NCBI GenBank assembly: GCA_047495785.1
Contig: JBLDXI010000009.1
Location: 3,968,001 to 4,032,000, forward strand
DNA length: 64,000 nucleotides
Reading direction: 5' to 3'
From: Lepidodermella squamata
Lineage: Eukaryota > Animalia > Gastrotricha
Shown: positions 12,026-23,779 of the stretch, piece after piece
Layout: every line of letters begins with the position of its first letter
Numbering within the stretch: position 1 is the first letter of the stretch
The notes under the pieces: generated by a model
What the model was told of the DNA's origin: nothing
The model's database searches: none
The model's input: only the letters and a program-made list of their open reading frames with translations
Made by a program: the position numbers and the translations under genes

Positions 12026-12345
12026 GTTCTGATCTTCTCACAGCTCGGCTCTGTGTCGGCTCCATGAACCATAATAAACGATAGGAAAGTTCATAGCATG
12101 AGCCGCTGTTTGCTGAGAATAAGCTGAAATAATGAGATAAAAAGCCATACATGAAATAATTTCGATGTAGTAATTGTGTCCTGATAAAAGCTGATAAGCA
12201 TGCAGTAATCTGACGACGGTGGTTTGAGGTATGAGGAGGTCGAAACTGGCGGGGCTGTACAAATGATAAGCGCTCAATGCTCGGACGAACTTTTCATTCT
12301 TACCACACCACTGTTTTATATCGCATCAACCACTCGGAATAGAGA

Positions 12346-13076
12346 ATGCCCAACTACAAGCTGTACTATTTCAATGTACGTACTAAATGTCCAGATGTTC
12401 TCCAAACATTCAATTTCCCATTTTAGGGCCGTGGTCGCGCTGAGCTAATCCGCATGATCTTCAACTACGCGGGTGTTCCTTTCGAAGATATCCGATACGA
12501 CCACGACAGTGAGTGGCCAGCAGTTAAAGCTTCTGGAAAATTCCCTGCAAACCAGCTGCCAGCTCTTGAGATTGATGACAAGCTTCACGGTCAAAGCTTG
12601 GCGATAGCTCGCTACTTGGCAAATCTTAATGGTAATAACAATTATTGTTTTCCATCGCTCTGAAATGCGATTTTCCGCAATTTGAATTTCTAGGACTGGC
12701 TGGTAATGACTTGTTGGAGAAAATGAAGGCTGACGGTGTGATTTCCTCACTATATGACCTCGTCGAAAAAGTCCTTGATTTGATGTTCCACTGCACGAAC
12801 GAGGATGAAAAGAAAGCTGTCTGGGAAAACATTTCTAAGAAGTTTGCCCCCCGAGTTTTCGAGAACTTGGACAAGTCATTGGGTGGTAACTACTTCCTTG
12901 GTGATCACGTTTCCTGGGCTGACTTGGCGTTCTTGGATGCCTGCGACTACTTTGACATGACCAATGTTACGCCTTTCATGGAGAAATTCCCAAGGCTTGT
13001 TGAGCTGCGCAATAGGCTGAAGAACGACGCCAAGATTTCGGGCTATCTAGCTAAGCGACCCGCTACAGCGTGGTAA
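12346..13076 (+). CDS. Sigma-class GST, copy 6 (exons 12346-12375, 12427-12631, 12694-13076)
   Basis: MPNYKLYYFN-GRGRAELIR…NQLPALEID…QSLAIARYLA…SWADL…KRPATAW. Confidence 0.95.
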
Positions 13077-13527
13077 AGCCGAACTGTTATATGGAACAAA
13101 ACAAGTACCATAGCAGTTTAGGACATGTCATACAAAATTCCAATAATAATCTACGTTAATATATTTGCGGTGATTTAGAACAATGAAATGAATAAAATAA
13201 ATATCTTGGCTCTAGGTGTGATTCAGGATCCGTACATTGCTGTTAAGTAAATATTTGTAAGAACTAAGAACGCGAGAGTCTTATTTGCTTGTTTTGATTA
13301 GATGGGCTGAATTTGACTCTCCGAAGATATTTCAGAAGGATGGCAGAACAATCTCAAAGCAAGCTTCGATTCGCTTTGCCAACAATAATTAATACAAGGC
13401 TTAAATAAATGTCACAGCAGGTGTAGTTGAATTATCAAGCCCCAGAAGTATGAAGTTTAAACTTAGCTGAACTTAGTTATAAGCAATTAAACTTGGCTGG
13501 AGCCAAGAAGCTCAGCTTCAAAAAAAT

Positions 13528-13677
13528 GGGACGTGCCGTATGAAAAGGGCCCATAGGTATTTAAGCTAGATAAGAATTAAAAAAAAATTGATTGTTCTAG
13601 CATTTACAAGTGCGTAGTCACCCCAGTTTGCGTGACAGAGCAAAAACTATAAGGTCCCTTTTCATACGGCACGTCTC
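13528..13677. mobile_element. MITE (~150 bp, ~22-29-bp TIRs)
   Basis: Left GGGACGTGCCGTATGAAAAGGGCCCATAG versus reverse complement of the right end GAGACGTGCCGTATGAAAAGGGACCTTATAG; no clear TSD. Confidence 0.8.
13611..13642. promoter_or_regulatory. Two oppositely oriented ARE-consensus (RTGACnnnGCA) sites inside the MITE
   Basis: TGCGTAGTCAC (13611-13621, = GTGACTACGCA on -) and GTGACAGAGCA (13632-13642, followed by AAAA), ~620 bp upstream of the GST7 ATG. Function is not shown. Confidence 0.4.
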
Positions 13678-14257
13678 GAAAAAATTCCCTGATTTTCATT
13701 ACGGAATGAACACTGATAGCCAGAAGAATGATATGTGAATAGGTCAAGAATGCGGTTTTTTGCGATTACAAACATGTTAGGAGGTCAAAAATTGATCAAT
13801 TTTACACTTTTTTCTGCCATCGTATAGCTAAGTATAGAACGCAAAAAGCTAGTACAAATATTACTATACGCAAAACATAATATAGAGAATATACGATGCA
13901 ATATAATGCTTGTTAGTGCGAGCAAATATACTGATGTCTGGAGGTGTGCAATGTTATATATGGTGAAGCGGTCAAAACAGAACCAGCTGAGACAGCGCTA
14001 TTTTACTACTACGACGCGAAATCCTATATAAGCGCAACGAGAACCCGCCGGCATTTACTGGCGGCAAATACTCAAATAATTTGCAGAAGCTAGGTGCCAA
14101 ATATTGAATCGGCTTCAAAGCTCGTAGTATTCTCAAACCTCCAGCATCCATAAAATATTCATGTCAATAATTCACCTCTGATATCTTGCAAATTATATAC
14201 CTATATTAGAGCTATTTTAAATTTCAATTGCGTAATTTCATTTCAAATCGGATAATC

Positions 14258-14984
14258 ATGCCGAACTACAAGTTTTATTACTTCACCGTGAGTTGAATTG
14301 TCCCGATTAATTATTTAATTCGTTAAATGGAATTATTTGCAGGGGAAAGGCCGCGGCGAATTCATCCGCCTTCTCTTCAACTATGCTGGCGTTAAATTCG
14401 AAGACGTGCGTTTTACCCCCGAGGAATGGCCAGCCAAGAAAGCGTCTGGCGAATTCCCTGCCAACGTGCTGCCAGCTCTGGAAATCGATGGAAAGAAATA
14501 TGGTCAAAGCCTAGCCATCGCTCGTTACGTTGCAAGCGAAAATGGTAATATTCTGAAAAGTGATTCATGATTGAAGTCATTCCTTGTTTTCATATATTAT
14601 TAAGGGCTGATCGGAAAAACCGGTATTGAACAGTTGAAGGCAGACATCGTTGTTCAAACCGTCAACGACTTATTCAGCAGAGCACTCGATATCCTGTTCC
14701 ACTGCACGAGTGACGAACAAAAGAAAACTGTAACGGAAGAAGTATTGACAACTGTTGCACCTAAGATCCTTCCGGTTTTGGATGGTTTGTTAGATGGCAA
14801 TTTCTTTGCTGGCAATCAAATCACGTGGGCTGATCTGGCATTCTTGGATGCCTGCGATTACTTCGACAGTACTGGCATCACCAAAATCATGGAGAAGTAC
14901 CCGCGCCTCATTGCACATCGCCGCAGGCTGGAGGGCGACCCTAAGATTGCGCATTTTTTAGCGACCAGGATTAATCTGTGGTAG
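14258..14984 (+). CDS. Sigma-class GST, copy 7, the most divergent (exons 14258-14287, 14343-14544, 14605-14984)
   Basis: MPNYKFYYFT-GKGRGEFIR…NVLPALEIDG…QSLAIARYVA…TWADL…TRINLW. Confidence 0.94.
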
Positions 14985-16574
14985 AGATCTTTATTTATTG
15001 ATCTCTTCAATTTTCAACAAAGTACTACTAACTGTATGACTAACTCATCACTCGTTATCATATTGCTTCATATTGTGCGCTTCATATTGTATAGTTACAT
15101 CAGCCCGCTTTTTAGGTAAAAGCGGCTGCAATGCAAAAAAGTAGGAAGAAACTGAAACTGAAATATACTTTATACTTGAGTGAATGTGACAGCTTGCTAG
15201 GTTAATAATTAAGCAAAATAAAAGGATGTGATTTGGAGCAAATTCAAGCGGTCTTATTCATATCTTATACGGAGTGTCATCGATCTTTCATTGCCAATGA
15301 ATTTATAAGGTCCCATGCATAAATTATGCATCCGATATAGACATAACTTGATAGCCATTACGACGCAGTATGCACCTTGCTCAGTGTGTGGATCGGAAAT
15401 TGGAAAGTGTGGAACAGAGCCAATTAGCAGTAGTTTGCGCGCAATTATGTAATGCAATGTGCGCTCTATTCTGTCCTTAACAAAATTGCGGGCTGAATCT
15501 GAATCTGAATCTGAACTTAACATGTCGCTATTTGTTTTACAACAGTTTTAGTAATGAGTTATTTCTTTGAGCCTCGTCTCGAAGTAAAATCCATCAGTTC
15601 ACGGTTTAAATTAACGCACTTTTGCAGAGAATAATATTTGGCAGCCGGTTCCAAGCTGCGCGCAACCGCCTTGTATCAGGCTCGGAAGTTCAAATCATTT
15701 CATTACAACTGCCAACAGCATGGGCAGGTAGACGATGATTTGACGAAAATCTTTCGAAGAAAGTCGTGAATTTGGCATAAATAAAACCTTGGGGAATTTT
15801 ATGGAATACGCAAGGTCATGTTGGAAACGTCTCACTCCCGGAGTATACAGTCCCACAATTCTTGCATCTTTCTGACTAAAAACTGAAAAAAACGTGCTCT
15901 CTCCGAGAACAAACAGCAAAAACAATTTTGTTGGGATGAACGGATAACATGTGCCTTACCCTGGGCCTCCAGCCAGTTAAAATTTTTTAACATCGGACTG
16001 AAGTTCGATGGAAATTGCGAAGTCTCGATGAATATCATGATTCAGCTTTGTATCGTCGGCAAAGAATTTTATGATCGATGTTTTGATCAGCATGTTAACT
16101 TCAGTAGTGAAGATCAGGAAAAGCAACGACCAAACAGAGAGCCTCCAAAAGATATGGTCGACCTCGGCGACGCGATTTTTTTACGGTGCTCTGAAATAGC
16201 GGCCGCACACTAAAGCTGTGATTAAAGAAAGCACTTTTCCACAAATATTAATGTCAGAAAGCCGATGCAATTGGAATAACATCGATATAGGCTATAGTAT
16301 CGGTCTCTATTTCAGTTTTTGTCAGGTATGACGAAACCGGCTATCATAAGGAAAAAATCTATCTCAATTATTTCGATAGCTGATAGATGACAAGCAGGAC
16401 GCAGGGCTTGAATCCTCTTAACAAAAATCTCTGCGTCGCGTGTCGGACTATTCATGAGCTGATCGCATTGATTTGATGCACGAGTTCGGCAAAAATGAGG
16501 TTTTTGCTCATTAAAAGATAATACAAAAACCACGCTTTTCTATCAATCTCCGGCGTCCTGGTTCGTCTCATAAT

Positions 16575-18211
16575 AGGCTTTTTCACACTACGGTGAAGTG
16601 AAGAAAATTGAAGCATTTTATTGAGAAAAAAAATTCCCTGTAGTGTGAACACGTGCTCTGGTGATCACAAAAAATTCACCACTACGTTGAAGTTATTATC
16701 TGAGATTGCAAATCGCCATATAAATGAAAAAAATTCATCACCGCAAATCCACGCGATCTGGTTAAAAATCATTTTTTCCTAATAACCAAGTGTGAACATA
16801 TCTAAGTTGAAGTGTTTTTTTTATATTTTTTTTCCGAGCTCGGTAAAGCGCGTGCATCAAATCAATGCAAATTCTTTACCGCACTTATATCCCAGCACGA
16901 GCTGATTGAAGCTGGTGATCTTTTTTCACTTAAACAGCAGTGTGAACGCCAGAAGTTAACTTAGCGACGAGTGGGCAAATGCCTTCTATGCTCTAATAAT
17001 TAAAAGAAAATTAGTATAACCATGGAGCCTGAATATTTGCAAGTAAGAATAAGGCCAGACAACAGTTTTATGCGTGCTTATAGCTGTGCCGAAAACCGAC
17101 AAACCACTAGCTATCGATAGGATTAAATACCTAGGCTCAAAAGAGGTCTGTTTTGCAACGGACATTCTTGAATTTATGATATCAATTATCCATTTATGAG
17201 ACGGGGCTGTACGACACATATGAGCGGAGACTTTTGAGCAATGCGGTCGATTAATCATTCACGAATATGCTGAGACGTTTCAGCGGCGACATTTGCGTAG
17301 TGATTACTTTTCATGTACGATTCAGCAATGGTTCTCTTATATTTAACCCAATCCCAGTCTTTTCGGATTTTTGCTGTTTCATCTCGGTAGCATTTACGCT
17401 GTGACATAAGCATTCACGGCAATTTCACGGCAAGAAAAATTTCCTAGAATTTCAGCCGTACTCGGATAGAGAACAGTGGAATTAACTAAAAGTTTAGTTC
17501 AATTGCATCTACATTTTTACAACTTGAAATTTTCAATAACGTTTGATTGTCCCTTGCTCATTTGCCGCGGCTTAATTCTCACTGATCTTTTGGGCCCGAT
17601 GAATTGTTGCCAAAAATTTGTCAACAATTGTCAAAACTCTAAACAATTCCTGACAGTGTCACTGATAAAATAGGTCACTACTGATTCGACCCTCATTTGC
17701 TAGAACGTCACAGCGCTGGAAAGTCTGACCACCAATATTTATTACTCACTCATGAGTTGATTGCCTTTACTGATCAGCAGTCGAGGGTTATATTAGTTAG
17801 GTATTTGCAATACTAGAAAATTCGGAAAAAAATTATAATAATTAAAAATTGCTTGACCCTGAATAAACCTCACATCTGAAATATAAGGCCCGGTATAACA
17901 GAGACTGGCAAAAAGAACACACTTAGATGAACATTTAGCAATAGATAAATCAATCCCTCCAAGGGCGTGAAATCCCTGGACTGTTTCGATTTACCCCGCC
18001 TATTTACTTGCTTAATATCGATAGAGACAACTAAAACTGGTTCTGGGTTGTATAAATTGCCGTTGCACAGCTTTATGCTATCAAAAAGCCTATTTAGCTT
18101 CAACAGAAGCGTTCACACTACGAAATTTTAACATCACTTCAACGCACTTCAACGAGCACGCGACCGGTTAACGCTTTTTTTACTTCACTTTACCGTAGTG
18201 TGAAAAAGCCT
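16575..18211. mobile_element. Non-autonomous TIR DNA transposon, probably PIF/Harbinger-like (~1.64 kb)
   Basis: ~29-bp TIRs AGGCTTTTTCACACTACGGT(G/A)AAGTGAAG; 3-bp flanking duplication AAT; internal repeats of AGTGTGAAC (16642, 16789, 16939; inverted at 18111); no transposase ORF. Confidence 0.78.
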
Positions 18212-19207
18212 AATGACAAGAGACAAGAGGTCGAGGGAAAAATTTCCCGGTTTTGAGGGTGCAATTTGACGCGGCTGTAGACATGCCAAAATCCTTTATA
18301 AAAATGCTCTGTATTATTTAAACGTACCATTTTATGTCAAAAATTAAATTATTCACTTTGACCTTCAATTGCGCGCTAAATTCGAAATTCCCGCCGTCTT
18401 GAACCTCGGTCGAGAGGGGTCACAGTTTGCTCGATTAATTCTCTCTTCAGCCACTTCTTCGTTCTTCAGAAGCAGAATGAAGCAGTCCATCCTAGTTAGA
18501 GGGAGGGCTTGATATTGTTTTAAAACATGCTAGAGCTGCATTCCTCTATTTCATATCCTAATAGTTGCTAATTCACCTGCTATCAGGTATCAATGTTTCA
18601 GGTACTTGAGTTGAAATTTTAGAAATTCAATTGACATAAACTTCTCATCGAGCTCTGATGTTCATATGGCTCGCTTATTGTGGTCTACATCATAGCTTAG
18701 TATTCAAACTAGAATTGCAGGCGAGATTTTGGTTACAAACGAGTTTCATTGCTCGCTATCTTCTAGTGGAAACTTGAACGGTTAATTATCTCTACCAGAT
18801 AAGGCAAGGCGACACGTTCGTGCTAAGAGAGTGCATGATTCAACGTCTCGGCGCTTGGTTTCTCGCCCGCGGATAACTGAGACCGTATTTAAGGGCTTTC
18901 CCCATGACACTCTCAATCTGTTATTTTTTATTCGCTCGTTAAATTATTATAGATGAACTTTTCGGGTGGTTATAATTATGAAATTAACGCTTCTATTCTC
19001 TGTTTTAGACAAAGTTCAGCTTGGCTGACTTAACTTTTTTTGCTACATTTGCCCTCAAACACTGCCCCCAGTGGATCGGGCTTTCCTTTACTTGTGTTGA
19101 ATGAAATTGAATTGGACACCTAACAGCGCATACGGTAAGGTTTTGAAATTTGCCATAATTAAGATTGGTCTACATGTTTTTTCAGCACGTTGCAATTTGC
19201 ACAAATC

Positions 19208-21107
19208 ATGGAACATTATGGAACATCGTCTGATATTGTTATTATTGGTGCTGGGGCTGCCGGAGTGAGTCGTTACAATTTGTAAAAGAATATTGTTTCA
19301 CTGGGTTATATTTTTAGATCGGGTGCGCTAAAAAGCTCCTTGAAAACGGATTCACCAATGTAAGGATCTTGGAAGCACGAGATCGCATTGGTGGTCGTAT
19401 TTTCTCGGTACCCTGCGGCGACAAGAGCTTGGATTTCGGAGCACAATGGATAGAAGGCCACGTAAATCATCCTTTGTATCAGATTGCGCTGGTAAGTATT
19501 AGCAAGCTTGGCAATGTAAGCTCAGACCTAGCATTGAATCTTTTCCCAGGAAAACGACCTGATTGAAGATGAAGATGTGCCGTTATCAGACGATAGTTCC
19601 GATGATGCTGAAGATCTAAGCACAACCGGAGAACATCTTGTTGATGCCGATTCAAATCTGTATTTCACCCAAGATGGTCAAGAAATCCCCGATAACATCA
19701 TTTTCTCCATGATGGCGTTCATCGACGTAATTCGTTCTTTTGTTCTGCGATAATAATGAAACGTTTTTCAAAATCAGGACATGGTCAGTGACTTTTGCCC
19801 GCAGCGAAAAAGCTTCTGGCACGATCGAATCAACACATCGTTGAGCGTCGACAAGATTTTCGCTGAGCAGTTCGAACGAGCCCCTCTCGAAGATTCCGAG
19901 CATTCTCTGGTCAAGAAAGGCATCATCGAGTTTTTCAAAAAGCTCGAAGCCATCGAAGTTGCCGAGTCGCTTGACAAAGTCTCGATTGGTCAATACCTTG
20001 ACTACCATCGCTTGCTTGGAAGTCAATGGATTCGACTGAAGAAAAGCTTCACTGCCGTCCTCAACGTGCTGTTACGCGATTTCCCCGAGGTATGCGTCAT
20101 ACCGCCTTGTTAGTCCGATCTTAATTCCGGACTTTTACGACAGGGCATTATTCGATTGAATACTGAAGTAGCCCAGATTGTTGTGGATGAATTCTCCCCC
20201 GATAAACCAGTTGAGCTCTTCCTGAAATCCGGCGAGATCATCAAAACTGACTACTGCATCCTGACCGTCCCGCTGGGTGTCCTGAAAGCCGGATCTATAG
20301 CTTTCGAGCCCGCTCTTCCCGACTGGAAGGTATTTTTTTATTTTGGTTGCTTGTTTATTTAATTATTGCCTTGATTAAGGTGGATGCAATCAGTTCTATC
20401 GGTTTTGGCAACGTCAACAAGATTTTTATCGAGTTTCCACGCGCGTTCTGGCCACGACTCTGTGAGGGTGTTCAACTCATATGGCTAGATAAGCCATTCG
20501 TCCTCGCCTCGCAGAACCACGCCGTCTACAAACGCGTAAGTTATCTGTTGTATTCCGGCGTAGGTGCCGAGTTTTTTTGGCGAAGGTGTCCGGGAAAAAA
20601 TGTGGTTTTCTAATGTTTTTTTCCGTGTTGTTTCACGAACAGGAGGAAGATAAGCTGTGGTATCGCTATATGGTCGGTTTTGACGCGGTGTACAACCACC
20701 CGAAAATGCTACAGGGCTGGTTCTACGGCGACTGGGGCAAGGTCATCGAGTACTTGCCCGACGAGGAGATAATAAACGTGTGCTTCGAGTTGCTGCAGCG
20801 TTTTACACAGAAGCGCAAAGTCCGCCGGCCGGTTCGCGTCTACCGAACGTCGTGGTCTAGCGATAAGTACGCATACGGGTCGTACTCATTTAAGCAAATG
20901 GGCTGTTCGCTCGAGCACTTCCGCGCCCTAGCAGCACCGCTGCCTAGCGAGGCGAATCCGAGGCTGCTGTTCGCCGGCGAGGCGACTCACTCGAAAGAAC
21001 ACGCGTCAGTTCACGGTGCGTACAAAACAGGCGTCCGCGAGGCCTGTCGCGTTATCAACATTAACCGTGAAAATAAAGCCAACTACGAGTGGGCTGATAG
21101 TGAGTGA
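19208..21107 (+). CDS. FAD-dependent polyamine oxidase (spermine oxidase/PAOX-like), about 7 coding exons
   Basis: IVIIGAGAAG…LEARDRIGGR…DFGAQWIEG…TVPLGVLK…LPDWKVDAI..IGFG.VNKIF.EF…GSYS…LLFAGEATH…VHGAY. Confidence 0.92.
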
Positions 21108-23779
21108 TTGATTATGATGATGATAATGATGGAAAAAAATAACCCTAACTTCATTTAAACTTCTCTTAAATTATTCGTTTTTACTCATTCTTCGACGCAA
21201 TGTTTCGATTATTTCAGTTATTCATAACTAAATTTATTTCGAATTCTTTCTTCCAAATTTTAATACTTCCAAATGATATTTCTTGACGAAAATTGTCATA
21301 CCCTCCTTGAAAGTCCCCCTCGAATGCATTCCGTTGTTACTGTTCCTTCAAAAAACGAGTCCTCCTAAATTTCCCATTTGAATGCATCCCGTTTTTACTG
21401 CTCAAAAATTCTTTTTCGACATTTTCCAATTTCAAACTCGTGTTCGACCGGCAATTGATATGCCTTGCTTCATGCGACCAACTGATGATTATTCCAAATT
21501 TGAGCGACATTTGCAAATCAATCGTTTTCATTTCTTTTCTTTCTGCATTTCGTCGTTATTTAAAAATTTCTTAAACTTACATCATTCGTTTTTCGTTGAT
21601 GTTTGAGTGCATTTTGTTTGCATTTTTTCTGTTTTTCTTGTGGTTATGAGTTGCTTGATTTATCGCAATATTTCGTTCTTGGGTTATTTGTGTTATCTTC
21701 ATCATTCATGTTATTCAGCAATAAAATAATATTATTCGCTAAATGTTAAAAAAAATCCGCCTTAAAAGCTGGAAAATAGAAAAATGTGAAATTTCGCCTC
21801 GGAAAGCGATGAAAACTCAAAGTGTTAAACTTTTTCAAGCGGCATTCAAACTAGGTGTTTTCTATCCGTTAAATATTCGCATTATATCTCACGAATTGAA
21901 AGAAAGACAAGCAAATCGAGCAGTGGTGGCTTTGATCAAAATCCGCAAGCTCAGTACTAAAACTCGTAATTGGCACGATGGCAGCCCATTTTACGCGAAA
22001 ATTATCATCGGCGATGGTCAGAAATTCGAAGCTTCCTACAGCACTATTGAGTTCAAGGCTAAGAATGAAATTCGACTTCACTGCCGATTTTTCACGAATT
22101 CGATCGATGAATTGAGGCTGAAACTGAAGTTTGATGAAAATATCGGAAATTTTGGTATTACTCAAAAGTTGAAAATATAATGATTATTTCAATATATTTC
22201 TTTAAGCTGGCTGGTTTTATCGGGTGTCCTACTTGACCAGCGAGTTGATAGCGGCGGTTCCAGTCGAAATGGTTAGTGATTCATTCAATAATGCCGATGT
22301 TCGAAATTTCTTGCGCGAGTATAAAACCAGCCAAATGACACGGGCTGTGTTCAAATTCCTCGATTCAGGCCGAGATTTACCCGGCTTGATAGCCTGATAT
22401 TAATAAAAAGCAGCAACATATGGATGTCTGATAATGGCGATCGTTAAACTTTTACGACGGCTTAATTAAATGCTAATTTTCCTCCTCCATTTTTAATTCA
22501 AGTGATGGCTGTAGTAAATCATGAACTTGAGAATTCTCGGTGATCTCGCGTGACATTTTCGTAATGATACATTTACCATGCTGCGTATTATCATAATATT
22601 TGCCTACTTTATTGGCCTGGAACCCACCGCATCACAGCACCGAGTTTATTATCGCCGATGAATTTATTATAACGTTTCGTACTTGAATTTTCAGCTGTAA
22701 AAGTTCCGCCGCCGCCAACACGCGATATTTCGATGCCAGAGAGCCACAAAATCGAACGCGTATATATCATGGAGAAACACACATCATACAACTACATGTA
22801 AGAAGGGCAAAAATCGATGAATAGCGCGAGCGCTCGGTTTTGTGTCTCGCGCCGCTGCGTCGTCGATTTTACATTTTACACACACACACACAGACAGAGC
22901 GCGCGCGGCGAAATCGATCGCGCGAAATTCGCCCGTCCCGCGCTTTTTTGCGTTATTATTATTACTACTATTATTTGATATACACACATAAAAACTCGCC
23001 GAATTTCGCTCGGCTCCCTTTCTCTCTTGATGAACGATAATAATAATAGTAGAAATAATAGAGGAATCGCGAGTTTTTCGCCATCGGGTCGGCTATGTAT
23101 GCGATATTTTTTCGCCGCCGCGGCTTCGATGATGGCGAAAGCTCCTTTTTCCTCTCCCGCTATCGCTTGCTGTCGTCAAACATGGCACAAATTTTTACAT
23201 ACGCATCGCCACGTTCTATTTATATATTATTTCGCTAATACTTTTATATTCGGGAAAAAACTGCGCAGAGAAAAAGCCTCGGCCAATCGAGAATCCCCCT
23301 AATACAAATATCGCCCTTTTATATTCTAACCTTTGCCATATTCTCATTTGACGATGATAAAAAATATGCATCATACGTTTGTCTGGTAAACTTGTCGAAT
23401 ATGCATAATATAGATTAAATTGTGCGAACCGCTCGATTTTTTATTATTACTGGCCTTTATATATTGATCAACTCTGGCCCATCTTCAATTCTTCCAAAAA
23501 AAAACCCGGGGAAAAATAGTAATACAAACACTAATTTGTGCCATGATTGAAGATATTTTTTCTGATTATTATATACATGACGTGTTTGAAACAAAATGTT
23601 ATTATTATATAGGGTTGTTTTGTTTTTAATTTTTTTCCTTCGTGCGCTTTCTTCTGCTTAAATTGATAATTATTTGATAAAATCATCGCCGTGATCATAA
23701 AGGCGACTAAATATTGTAAACCTACCTTCCGAAAAATCACCACATCACCACCACTACTACTACTACTACCACTACTAAA

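Noticed and set aside
322-14984. GST copies as cephalopod-type S-crystallins
   Set aside because: No long Met/Gly-rich insertion between helices 4 and 5, and catalytic residues are retained.
21743-22180. 145-aa ORF between the polyamine oxidase and complexin
   Set aside because: AT-rich, no recognisable motif or splice context; not supportable as a gene without expression data.
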